Shown here piece after piece: positions 49,242 to 57,866 of a stretch of 64,000 nt of DNA; the first letter of the stretch is position 1; each line of letters starts with the position of its first letter. A model generated the notes under the pieces. It was given only the letters and a program-made list of their open reading frames with translations. It was not told the origin of the DNA and made no database searches. Location: NCBI GenBank assembly GCA_965279515.1, contig CBDIID010000003.1, positions 1,632,001 to 1,696,000 on the forward strand, in the 5' to 3' direction. The translations under genes and the position numbers were made by a program. This DNA is from Turneriella sp. GTDB taxonomy: Bacteria > Spirochaetota > Leptospiria > Turneriellales > Turneriellaceae.

Positions 49242-49803
49242 ACCTAAAGAGAAACTACCTTCCGTCGAATACACAATCGACAACCATAATCGCCTGATCC
49301 ATTTTGGCGGTGATTGGGATCAATTCGCCCAGGAAAATGAAGGCGAAAACTTGTCTGCTGCGAAACTGCACATGCAGCACCTGTTCGACCACATTGGCGA
49401 TCCGAATCTGCATCAGCTTTGGCACGCCATTATTCAGCGGGTGCGCGGAAAAAAAGAAGCTGCGGAATTTAATTACCGGTGCGATTCACCTGGTCTCAGA
49501 CGATTTATGAGAATGCGTGTTTTTCCTGCCGATGACCACATCCACTTCAAATCCACGGTTCTGCGAACAGAAACACGCCCCGAACTGAAGATCCTCGAAA
49601 AAAAACGTCCTCACAGCAAAAAGCTACTGATTGTCTGTAGTTGGTGTAAAAACATCAAGGCACCGGATGAAACCTGGCTGGAACCTGAAGTCGCCGTTAG
49701 CCAGCTGGGCATTCTCGAAGAAGAACCTCTTCCGGAAATCTCTCATGGTATCTGTCCCGAATGTACAGTGCGGGTTACCGAACAGTTAGATGTAATCATA
49801 TGA
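49234..49803 (+). CDS. PAS-like domain plus C-terminal Cys-rich motif protein
   Basis: WDQFAQEN..YRCDSP..RFMRM; VCSWCKNI..W..SHGICPEC. Confidence 0.75.
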   Translation: MPEPKEKLPSVEYTIDNHNRLIHFGGDWDQFAQENEGENLSAAKLHMQHLFDHIGDPNLHQLWHAIIQRVRGKKEAAEFNYRCDSPGLRRFMRMRVFPADDHIHFKSTVLRTETRPELKILEKKRPHSKKLLIVCSWCKNIKAPDETWLEPEVAVSQLGILEEEPLPEISHGICPECTVRVTEQLDVII

Positions 49804-49867
49804 CCAGAGGCCGGGCATGCCGGCACAGGTCGACGTACTTCAATGATGTGGCTCTGCCACTGCACCT

Positions 49868-49891
49868 GCAGCGCGGCTTTCACCGCGCTGC
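49868..49891. terminator. GC-rich hairpin between convergent genes
   Basis: GCAGCGCGG-CTTTCA-CCGCGCTGC. Confidence 0.6.
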
Positions 49892-49897
49892 GGAAAA

Positions 49898-50008
49898 TCA
49901 CGCAGGAATAAAAGTTTTCTTTTTCTCTTGCTTAGCGACCTTTTTTTCTTTGGCCGTTTTCGTAGGTTTTTTCTTCTGATCTTTTTTAGTGTTTTTATCT
50001 TTTGACAT
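49898..50008 (-). CDS. 36-aa lysine-rich small protein (below ORF-track cutoff)
   Basis: MSKDKNTKKDQKKKPTKTAKEKKVAKQEKKKTFIPA; followed by the hairpin. Confidence 0.65.
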   Translation of the reverse strand: MSKDKNTKKDQKKKPTKTAKEKKVAKQEKKKTFIPA

Positions 50009-50115
50009 TGTCCGTCATGAACGGCAAACCACGCTCATTGGCAAGGGTATCTGTGATTCTTTTTCCAGCGATACGATTGACATCGCTGCGGGGGCCCACA
50101 CCCCGCCATTACGTT

Positions 50116-52806
50116 ATGAGTCCCGAACTCGAAAGCCTCGAAAAGAAGATCGCGGCACTGGAAGGCCAGGTTTTCAGCCTGCGCTCCGAACTCGAAAAAG
50201 CCAAAAGAGGAACTCCGCCGGTAGTCGCCACGAAAGCGGAAGCACAGCCAGTGACGGCAAAGCAGGCGGCCCCGCCGCAGACGACCCTAACTGCGACAGC
50301 CAGCCCTGCGCCCGCCGCGAGGCCAAAAGAGGCGCCGGCGGTTCAGCCGGCTGCAGCAACGGTCAACGACGCCGGCTTTTCATGGGAATGGCTGATCGGC
50401 GGCAATATCATCGGCAAGATCGGTATCGTCACGCTGATCGTCTCGACCGCGCTCTTCATGGTCTATGCGCTCGACCAGGGCTGGCTCAGCGAGTGGATAC
50501 GACTTCTGATGCTGCAGGCCGCATTCGGCGCGCTGAGCTACCTGAGTTATCGGCTCTATGTAAAGAACTACAAGGTGATTCCCGAGATTCTCGCGATCAC
50601 GGCGCTGGCCGCCAATATCATCGCCATCTATTCCGCGCATTTTGTGTACCGCTTTCTCGGGCGAACCGAGACGATGGCGATGATGGCTCTCCTCATGGCG
50701 ATTGCGCTCGCCTTCGCGCGGCGCATACAGTCCACCGCGCTAACGGTCATTTTATTTGCCGGATTTTTTGCCCTGCCCGTTATCCATTCGCGCGGCATCA
50801 ATGAACCGAAAGCTTATTTTACTTATCTTTTGGCAGTAAACCTGCTCTATTTTCTGCTGCAACAATTCAGGTCTTCGCCGCACACCCTCTGGGTTCTGGC
50901 GCTCGGCAATGCACTTAGCCTCTTTGGCTGGGCAGGTGCTTACCGGCAGTATGCGACAACGCCGCTGTTTTTCTGCGCGGTGACGCTGGTGATACTGCTG
51001 TATAACGCACATAAGTCATCATGGGGACAGGCAAGTCCCGGGGCCGGCGACGCCATGGATGGCGTCCGTTCGACGGCCGGGGGTTTCTTTCGCGCTGCGG
51101 CGGTGATTTTCGTCAATATCGTCTATGCCGGCATGGTATCCTCCGTACTTTCACTCAACAAAGACTTCTCCAAGGAAATCACCGCGCTTGCCTTGCTCTG
51201 CCAGGCTGCGATTAATTTTCTCGTCGTGCAGTTTCTTCCAGGTGAAAAGCGCAGCCTGTCGTCTGCGACGCTCATCGTCATTTTGTTCATGGCTTCGGGC
51301 GTCAGCGTGATTATGGATGGTCCGGCAGAACGCCTCGTACTGGCGGTGCTGCTGACCGCGGCGATGTTTGTTGCCGGCAAGTGGCCCGACCCGCTCGTCT
51401 ACTATGGCGCGGCGACGGTGAATCTCATCAACCTCGTCGCGCTCTTTGTCGGCCTCTCGCATTCAAGCGACCGCTGGTTCATCCTGAACTTCCAGGCCGG
51501 TGGATTCCTCTTCTATGCGGTGGCGGCTATTTATATGCGCGCGAAAACAATCTGGCCGCAACGTTTCAATTTCGGCATCGCACTCACGGGCGTGGCATTG
51601 GTGACATCGTTTATCGGCATTATCACCGAATTGCAGCGCGTCGTGACAACGAAAGACTCACGCCTTTTAATGATCACGCTCGTCTTTGCCGCCTATGCGC
51701 TGACATTGCTGTTCATCGGTTTCCGCTGGCAAAAGGTCTGGTTCCGCCAGGCGGGTCTCTTTTTTATGGGCCTGGCGATCGCAAAATTTTACTTCATCGA
51801 TATCTGGCAATGGGATAAATCAGTCCGCATTATTGCGGGCATCATTATGGGAGGTGGCCTCGTGCTCATCAGTTTCTATTACGAAAAATTCAGGAATAAA
51901 TTCAAAGAATTAGGAGTGATCCTTATTCTCGGTGGTTTTGTGCTGTCTTCAAGCCCTGTCGAAGCGGTGGAGAAATTCAAACCGAACCGCTTTAAGTTTG
52001 TCAAAGAGCTCTCGCTCAAAGGCGAACTCAATGGCAAAACTTTCGGCAGCGTGGTCGTCGACGCCGACATCTACAAGTCGGCTGGTGAAAACGACGTGCG
52101 CCTCGCCTACGACGGCAAGATTGTCCCCTATGCGCGGCAAATGAAAAAATCGGGCGACGATAAGAGAATGGAAAAAGAGATCACGGTCGCAGACCTCGTA
52201 ACGTCTGTCGATGGTGAAAACAACTCGATCTTTATCTTTGAGAACCGCGACAACATCCGCCTGAGCGGGCTCAAACTTAACTTTAAAGAAAAAGATTATA
52301 CCCGCGAAATTCTGGTCTACCACCGCTCCGGCAAATTTCAGCCCAATGTCCTCGCGAAATCGATCACTCTCACACGCAAGGCGGGCAAGCCCGAATTCCA
52401 CACGGTTGATTTTGCTCCGGTCTCGGGGGAGATCCAGCTGCAGATCCGCAATGAAGACGATGCGGCGTTGGCATTGACGCAGTTCGCCGCGGTTTCAGAC
52501 AAAGAGTTTATCATCTTCCGCGTTCCCGATAATTTTGCCGATTCTGATAAGAAGATCCAGCTCTACTACAGCGGCGAATATTCGCAAAAGCCCAAGTACG
52601 ATATCGCCGATTCGCTCGGCGAAGGTACGGCCTATGCCGAGTTCGCGCTCGAAGCAGAGAAACCAAACCCCCAGCACAAGCTGACGCTGTTTGACCCGCC
52701 CTACTCGATCTGGCTCTTCCGTACGGTGTTCTGGCTGCTGCTGGCACTCATTGCCTGGCGGATGTTCGCGATTTACAAGAGAGAAAAGACTTCGACAGCT
52801 ATTTGA
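50116..52806 (+). CDS. DUF2339-like multi-pass membrane protein fused to a DUF3999-like extracytoplasmic domain
   Basis: WEWLIGGNIIGKIG start of TM region, AKFYFIDIW..RII end; then DVRL...VPY and QLYYSG..PKYD with final TM. Confidence 0.75.
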   Translation: MSPELESLEKKIAALEGQVFSLRSELEKAKRGTPPVVATKAEAQPVTAKQAAPPQTTLTATASPAPAARPKEAPAVQPAAATVNDAGFSWEWLIGGNIIGKIGIVTLIVSTALFMVYALDQGWLSEWIRLLMLQAAFGALSYLSYRLYVKNYKVIPEILAITALAANIIAIYSAHFVYRFLGRTETMAMMALLMAIALAFARRIQSTALTVILFAGFFALPVIHSRGINEPKAYFTYLLAVNLLYFLLQQFRSSPHTLWVLALGNALSLFGWAGAYRQYATTPLFFCAVTLVILLYNAHKSSWGQASPGAGDAMDGVRSTAGGFFRAAAVIFVNIVYAGMVSSVLSLNKDFSKEITALALLCQAAINFLVVQFLPGEKRSLSSATLIVILFMASGVSVIMDGPAERLVLAVLLTAAMFVAGKWPDPLVYYGAATVNLINLVALFVGLSHSSDRWFILNFQAGGFLFYAVAAIYMRAKTIWPQRFNFGIALTGVALVTSFIGIITELQRVVTTKDSRLLMITLVFAAYALTLLFIGFRWQKVWFRQAGLFFMGLAIAKFYFIDIWQWDKSVRIIAGIIMGGGLVLISFYYEKFRNKFKELGVILILGGFVLSSSPVEAVEKFKPNRFKFVKELSLKGELNGKTFGSVVVDADIYKSAGENDVRLAYDGKIVPYARQMKKSGDDKRMEKEITVADLVTSVDGENNSIFIFENRDNIRLSGLKLNFKEKDYTREILVYHRSGKFQPNVLAKSITLTRKAGKPEFHTVDFAPVSGEIQLQIRNEDDAALALTQFAAVSDKEFIIFRVPDNFADSDKKIQLYYSGEYSQKPKYDIADSLGEGTAYAEFALEAEKPNPQHKLTLFDPPYSIWLFRTVFWLLLALIAWRMFAIYKREKTSTAI
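51024..51082. repeat. GGA-loop palindromic element, in frame inside the DUF2339 gene
   Basis: GGGAC-N6-GTCCC, then GGCCG..GACGCCA-TGGA-TGGCGTC..CGGCC. Confidence 0.65.
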
Positions 52807-52820
52807 GCCGCGGCTTTTTT

Positions 52821-52849
52821 TTGGCACTTTAGAAAATCTCTATCGTACA
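52821..52849 (+). promoter_or_regulatory. putative ECF-type promoter TTGGCA-N17-CGTACA
   Basis: Recurrent motif directly after AGCCGCGGCT-polyT terminator-like site. Confidence 0.65.
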
Positions 52850-52886
52850 TAGGGCATGGCTCTTGCGCTAAAAAGCAAGAGCCGCT

Positions 52887-54230
52887 ATGTGCCTACGAAT
52901 AATAAAACCGATCTCTTTTTTTGCCTGCGTGGCGCTTGCCCGCTGCCAAGGCTGGGGTAATTTCTGGGATGTCCCCGGCGAGACCGCGCCCAAAATAACC
53001 GCAGTCACTCCCCCGTCGGGCATAGTGGGCGACACCATAACTATCAGCGGCCAGCGTTTCGCCAGTCTCGCATCGGGAAATACTGTGAAGTTTTCGGGTA
53101 CACTGGCGACAGTCACCGCGGCTTCCGCGACAACACTGACAGTGCTCGTGCCACCAGGGGCACATTCGGGTTCCCTTACCGTTACGACAGCAGACGGCTC
53201 AGGCTCTGCTGATTTTGCCGTCCTCAAATACTTTGTCTATGTCACGACGAGTTTCAGCTCTGCAATTTCCGTTTTTTCGATCGATTTCAGCAGCGGAGCG
53301 CTGAGCGAAATAAGTGGTTCGCCCTTTGCGACGGCCGCAATTTCACAGGGCCTTGCGATTCACCCGTCGGGAAAATTCATATATGTGACACTCACTTCGA
53401 ACGTCGTCGTTGCTTACTCGGTAAATACTTCCGGCAGCCTGACCTCGCTCGGGGGATCGCTTCCCACGGGAACCGGCCCTGTTATCGCCGAGGTCGAACC
53501 GGCGGGAAAATTCCTTTATGTTGTGAATACAAATGCGGTGTCGAATAACATCAGTGGATATGCGATCGGCGCAAACGGCGCTCTGACAAGCCTGGGAAAC
53601 ACCCCTGCAACCGGAACAAATCCCAGCAGCATCACCATCGACAAAGCCGGCAATTTTCTCTACGTGCCCAACAACAATGCCGCAACGAGCACAATCTCCT
53701 GCTTTGCGATCAACAAAGCATCCGGTGCGCTCGGCAATTGCGGCACCTTTGCCGCCGGCACCAATCCCTGGGATGCGACGCTTTCGCCCTCGGGGAGATT
53801 CCTCTATGCCACGAACGCCGGCGGGAATAGTATTTCGGGATTTACCGTAGACAATGTCACCGGGGCCCTGACCGGCGGCCTGCCCGCTTCGCCTTACGCT
53901 ACAGGTACCAGCCCGCACGGAATTCGGGTACACCCTTCCGAAAAATTTCTCTACGCTGCAAACTTTAACGGCAGCTCTGTCTCTGCATTTAGTCTCGATA
54001 CAGCGAACGGGTCTTTAACCTTTGTGGGTAATTATTCAACTATTACCACTCCGGAATCACTGATGATCGAACCGCACGGTAAGTTTCTCTATGCAACCAA
54101 TAATGGTGGCAGCTGCAACCAGGTGAATGTCTATTCCATCAACCAGCAGACGGGTGCCCTGACCTCGCTGCCCACAGCCGTCACACAAAACAATCCCTAT
54201 GCGATTGCAATCATGGGCGTGCCGCAATAA
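52887..54230 (+). CDS. surface protein: IPT/TIG domain plus lactonase-type beta-propeller
   Basis: Signal with Cys; PKITAVTP..GDTITISG..F; repeated P.GKFLY.N...IS.F.I..GALT blades. Confidence 0.85.
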   Translation: MCLRIIKPISFFACVALARCQGWGNFWDVPGETAPKITAVTPPSGIVGDTITISGQRFASLASGNTVKFSGTLATVTAASATTLTVLVPPGAHSGSLTVTTADGSGSADFAVLKYFVYVTTSFSSAISVFSIDFSSGALSEISGSPFATAAISQGLAIHPSGKFIYVTLTSNVVVAYSVNTSGSLTSLGGSLPTGTGPVIAEVEPAGKFLYVVNTNAVSNNISGYAIGANGALTSLGNTPATGTNPSSITIDKAGNFLYVPNNNAATSTISCFAINKASGALGNCGTFAAGTNPWDATLSPSGRFLYATNAGGNSISGFTVDNVTGALTGGLPASPYATGTSPHGIRVHPSEKFLYAANFNGSSVSAFSLDTANGSLTFVGNYSTITTPESLMIEPHGKFLYATNNGGSCNQVNVYSINQQTGALTSLPTAVTQNNPYAIAIMGVPQ

Positions 54231-54280
54231 TGCCTGCCCGGCTTTCCGTTTTGTCGGCATTTTTTCCTTCGGAACTGCAA

Positions 54281-55651
54281 ATGAATTTCAGGCGGGCGAT
54301 CTGCTGTGTTATGGCCGGTTTAGTAGCCGGCAGTTGCATGGGACATCCCATCACGCAATTTCTGGATGCTGTCGACGGACAAAAGAACATATCCGTTCTG
54401 ATTACCCTGCAGGTATCCGGGCTTTTGGGTTCCGGGCTCGTCCTCAGATCGGCCGCTGAAATCTTACCCGTTACAACCAACGGCTCCATCAGTTTCAAAT
54501 CCCGCATCCGCGCCGGGCAAAGTTATGCCATAGCTGTCGATCGCTACCCGGTATCACCCAGCCAGTATTGTTCGGTTTCGATGGCCACAGGTACCGCCGG
54601 AAATGAAAATTTAACCCTCGCGGTCATTTGCACCGCGGGAACAGCGGCGGGTCCTTTAACAGGCGGAAACATTATCCGTCCGCTGAATCTTACGGGCAAT
54701 GCGGATCTATTGCTCGGACAGGTTTTTGCCGGCTCTCTGGGCGCCAGCGCTACCACCGATGGAACAGGAAACTCGGCGCGCTTTACGGACCCCATGCAAC
54801 TGACAACCGATGGTACCTACCTATATGTACTGGAACTGGGCGGCAATATCCGCCGTACCACCATTTCAACGCGTGAGGTGACCACGCTGGGTAATATCGG
54901 TGGCTCAGATAACATCACCACCGACGGCAGCTATCTCTATGCGACGAACTTCAGCGACTGCGGCATCCACAAGATGCGCCTCAGCGACCTGAGCGTATCG
55001 ACGCTTGCCGGGGGCACATTCACCTGCAACTTCGCCGATGCGTCGTCGGGGGCTGCGGCACTCTTCAACCATCCCGTGGGGATTACCAGCGATGGCAGTT
55101 ATCTCTACATCGCGGATTATCAAAACCACCGTATCCGCAAGGTTGACCCGAATAGCGGAGCTACCACAACCATTGCAGGTACCGGTGCCCCCGGCAATGG
55201 CAATGGTGCAGGGCTGAGCGCAACATTCAATATTCCCCACGGCATTATCTATTTCCAAAATAAGCTCTATATCACCGAGCTCAATAACTATGACATTCGT
55301 GTGCTCGATCTCTCCTCGGCGACGAATACTGTTACCACGTTAACCGGCGGTACATCGGGCAATGCCGATGGCGCTCCGGGAGTGGCACAGTTTATGAAGC
55401 TGCGCAATCTCGCCATCGACGGGGTATACCTGTATGCCACGGACGAAGATACACACAGTGTCCGCCGCATCGACCTCGTGTCGGGTTACGCTTCGACACT
55501 TTCGGGTTCGCCAACGCGCACGACGACTGCCATCGGCACAGGCGGCGCTTCAGGCACAGCAGCCTTTCTGGATATTACGGGAATTACTTCAGATGGTTCT
55601 TATCTTTATGTGACCGATACTTCGGATTTTATCGTGCGGCGTATCGAATAA
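54281..55651 (+). CDS. NHL-repeat surface lipoprotein
   Basis: VAGSC lipobox; VSGL.GSGLVL Ig-like unit; repeated F..P.GITSDG.YLY.AD..NH.IRK. Confidence 0.85.
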   Translation: MNFRRAICCVMAGLVAGSCMGHPITQFLDAVDGQKNISVLITLQVSGLLGSGLVLRSAAEILPVTTNGSISFKSRIRAGQSYAIAVDRYPVSPSQYCSVSMATGTAGNENLTLAVICTAGTAAGPLTGGNIIRPLNLTGNADLLLGQVFAGSLGASATTDGTGNSARFTDPMQLTTDGTYLYVLELGGNIRRTTISTREVTTLGNIGGSDNITTDGSYLYATNFSDCGIHKMRLSDLSVSTLAGGTFTCNFADASSGAAALFNHPVGITSDGSYLYIADYQNHRIRKVDPNSGATTTIAGTGAPGNGNGAGLSATFNIPHGIIYFQNKLYITELNNYDIRVLDLSSATNTVTTLTGGTSGNADGAPGVAQFMKLRNLAIDGVYLYATDEDTHSVRRIDLVSGYASTLSGSPTRTTTAIGTGGASGTAAFLDITGITSDGSYLYVTDTSDFIVRRIE

Positions 55652-55664
55652 GCGGGCACAAAAA

Positions 55665-55931
55665 CTAGTCTTCAGCCATCGGTTCTTCGGGGGTCGATGG
55701 CCGCTCCATGCGCTGCATCAGCGCCTCGGGACGCATCGCCGACATAAAGATAAAATCGCTGTCGGTCAGGACCATCGAACGCAGCTTGCGCCCCATCGTA
55801 CAATCGATCAGGTTATTACTTTCGCGGCCCATATCGCGCAGCCGCTTCGCCACCGCCGTCTCGGGTGAGATGATCGCTACGATCTTATCGATCGAAACGC
55901 TGTTGGAAAAACCGACGTGCAAAAGCTTCAT
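55665..55931 (-). CDS. remA: DUF370 / RemA-family regulator
   Basis: LLHVGFSN.V...IVAI, LIDCTMGRK.RS; follows yicC. Confidence 0.85.
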   Translation of the reverse strand: MKLLHVGFSNSVSIDKIVAIISPETAVAKRLRDMGRESNNLIDCTMGRKLRSMVLTDSDFIFMSAMRPEALMQRMERPSTPEEPMAED

Positions 55932-56845
55932 TCTAAATTCCTCACCTGTTCGCGCAGCTTTTCAATCTCGGTTTTCATGATAACAGTGAGTGTATTGATC
56001 TCGGCGTCCTGGGCCTTGGCGCCAATCGTGTTTGTCTCGCGCTGCAGTTCCTGCAGAAAAAACTCGAGTTCGCGGCCCGCGCTCTGGTTCTTACGGAAAA
56101 TCTCAAGCATGCGCGTCAGGTGCATGCCCATACGGCTGATCTCTTCGCTGGCGTCATTATGCACCGAGCGCAGAATTTCATCCTTCTTTTCGTTCCAGAT
56201 CAGTTTCGCCACCTTCATGGTATTCGACCCGGCGAGTCTTCCCTTGCCGGTCTGGCCTTCGAGCGCCTGCGCGCCGAAAAAATCCTCGAGAATCCGGTGG
56301 CGCACACCGCTCAGCTTCTTGCGGTGCGAGTGTGTGTGCAATACGCCGATCTGGCGCTGCACCCTTTTCAGGTAACGCAGGTGCGTGAGGCAGGCGCGTG
56401 TGGTGCGCTTGCCTTCTGCCGCACGGCCACGCTGCATCTTGATCAGGGCGCGCAACAGGTGAAAATCAAATTTGCCTTGGTAACCGCGCCAGTTTTTTAC
56501 GCGGCGCTCGACAAAACCCGGCATGTTCAGGAATTCGCGGGGGTCGAGCGAGTATTTTTTTTTGCCCAGGCGCTGCGACAGAAAACGTTCGTATTGAGAA
56601 ATGATTTCGGTGTTAAAGACAACGTCGACTGGCAGCGACGCCGCCGGATGAAATGCGACTTCGATGCGTCCCCGCTGAAAACGTTTACGGATGATTTCTT
56701 CGCTGTGGAAACGAAACCACGAAAGTTCTTCGGGAAAATTCAGTTCGACATCGAGAAAGCGGCTATTGAGGCTGCGCGCTGAGCAGACGATTTGCACACC
56801 TTCGGCGCTGAAATGGCTTTCGCCATAACCCGTCATGCTCTCCAT
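55928..56845 (-). CDS. yicC: YicC/YloC family endoribonuclease
   Basis: SMTGYG, SLNSRFLD, EEISR, QELQRETNTIGAK, EKLREQVRNLE. Confidence 0.93.
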   Translation of the reverse strand: MESMTGYGESHFSAEGVQIVCSARSLNSRFLDVELNFPEELSWFRFHSEEIIRKRFQRGRIEVAFHPAASLPVDVVFNTEIISQYERFLSQRLGKKKYSLDPREFLNMPGFVERRVKNWRGYQGKFDFHLLRALIKMQRGRAAEGKRTTRACLTHLRYLKRVQRQIGVLHTHSHRKKLSGVRHRILEDFFGAQALEGQTGKGRLAGSNTMKVAKLIWNEKKDEILRSVHNDASEEISRMGMHLTRMLEIFRKNQSAGRELEFFLQELQRETNTIGAKAQDAEINTLTVIMKTEIEKLREQVRNLE

Positions 56846-56851
56846 GGAGCA

Positions 56852-57022
56852 TCAAGCCTTAATATCTACACCTTTCTCGGTATCGATATGTTGTTTTTCT
56901 TCACGCGGTGCGAGGCCGTTTTGCCCACGAATCGTCAGGTACAGAAGAGCCTTCAGGTCCTCCGAGGAGATGACAGTGGGCTGCGCGGCCGTCGCGGCGC
57001 TGATTTCTTGTATCCCTTGCAT
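56852..57022 (-). CDS. 56-aa small protein ending KGVDIKA
   Basis: GGGAG RBS before ATG 57022; stop 6 nt before yicC start. Confidence 0.6.
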   Translation of the reverse strand: MQGIQEISAATAAQPTVISSEDLKALLYLTIRGQNGLAPREEKQHIDTEKGVDIKA

Positions 57023-57113
57023 AGACTCCCTCACTTTCAGAGTGTCGGTCAGGGTAACTCAAGGCTTGAGAAAAAAAGCTCACTTTTTTCACAAACCGGC
57101 CGAAATATGTCAC

Positions 57114-57866
57114 ATGAGGCTTAATACGTTCATCGCAGCAATATTCATGGTGGGATTCACCCCCGTCCTGATGGCCGGCCCCGAGGTCTATGATCCGCTC
57201 GAGGCATATAAGAGGCAAAACAACCTGGGCTCGCGGCCTGTTTCCGAAACTGTCACGCAGGGCACGGTCAACGAAACCGCGAAATTCAAATACGAAGCGG
57301 GGCTTCTGGTTCGCGCTGATTATTTTGGACACAAAAACGTACCGGCAGGTTACAGCCTCTACGCCTATGAAAAGGGCGTACTCATGCATGAGCAACTTTT
57401 CGATGCAGCTGGCAGTCTGGCCGAAGATATCCGCTACCAATATAAGAAAGACAAACTCGAAAAATCCCTGATCAACGATATTCGCGGCAATGCCCGCATT
57501 GAATGGCAATACCTGTACGACAAAGAAGGCAATCTGGTCGGCGGTAAAAGAATCATCGACAAAAAGGGCACAGAATCCTTTAAAATGGTAAGATCCCCGT
57601 CGGGGGTTGCGCAGCACATCTATAACGCCAAGGGCGAACTGACCTCAAAGGTCGAATCGGTTTTTGAAAATGGCCTGCTGCGCTATCGCATGAAGTCGGG
57701 CCTGACCGGCGCTAAATATGCCGAATACAGATACAACGATAAAAAACAACTTATTGAAATCCTTTACCATGAAACCATACGCGGCGAAAAAACCTTTGTT
57801 AAGAAGCACCACTTCGATTATTCGCTGAACGCAGAGCCGCAAAAAACAGCGGCTCTCACTCCTTAG
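57114..57866 (+). CDS. secreted hypothetical protein with YD/MORN-like beta-hairpin repeats
   Basis: Signal peptide; repeated Y.YEKG, YLYDKEGNL, YNAKGEL, YRYNDKKQL. Confidence 0.75.
   Translation: MRLNTFIAAIFMVGFTPVLMAGPEVYDPLEAYKRQNNLGSRPVSETVTQGTVNETAKFKYEAGLLVRADYFGHKNVPAGYSLYAYEKGVLMHEQLFDAAGSLAEDIRYQYKKDKLEKSLINDIRGNARIEWQYLYDKEGNLVGGKRIIDKKGTESFKMVRSPSGVAQHIYNAKGELTSKVESVFENGLLRYRMKSGLTGAKYAEYRYNDKKQLIEILYHETIRGEKTFVKKHHFDYSLNAEPQKTAALTP

Noticed and set aside
49989..50804. 271-aa alternative-frame ORF and other long shadow ORFs (e.g. 22636-23424, 56120-56782, 56901-57617)
   Set aside because: They overlap well-supported genes and lack recognisable motifs; expected in GC-rich DNA.
37748..52849. 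TTGGCA sites as sigma54 -24 boxes, given rpoN in the window
   Set aside because: None has GC at the required GG-N10-GC spacing; the conserved partner is CGTA 17-18 nt away.
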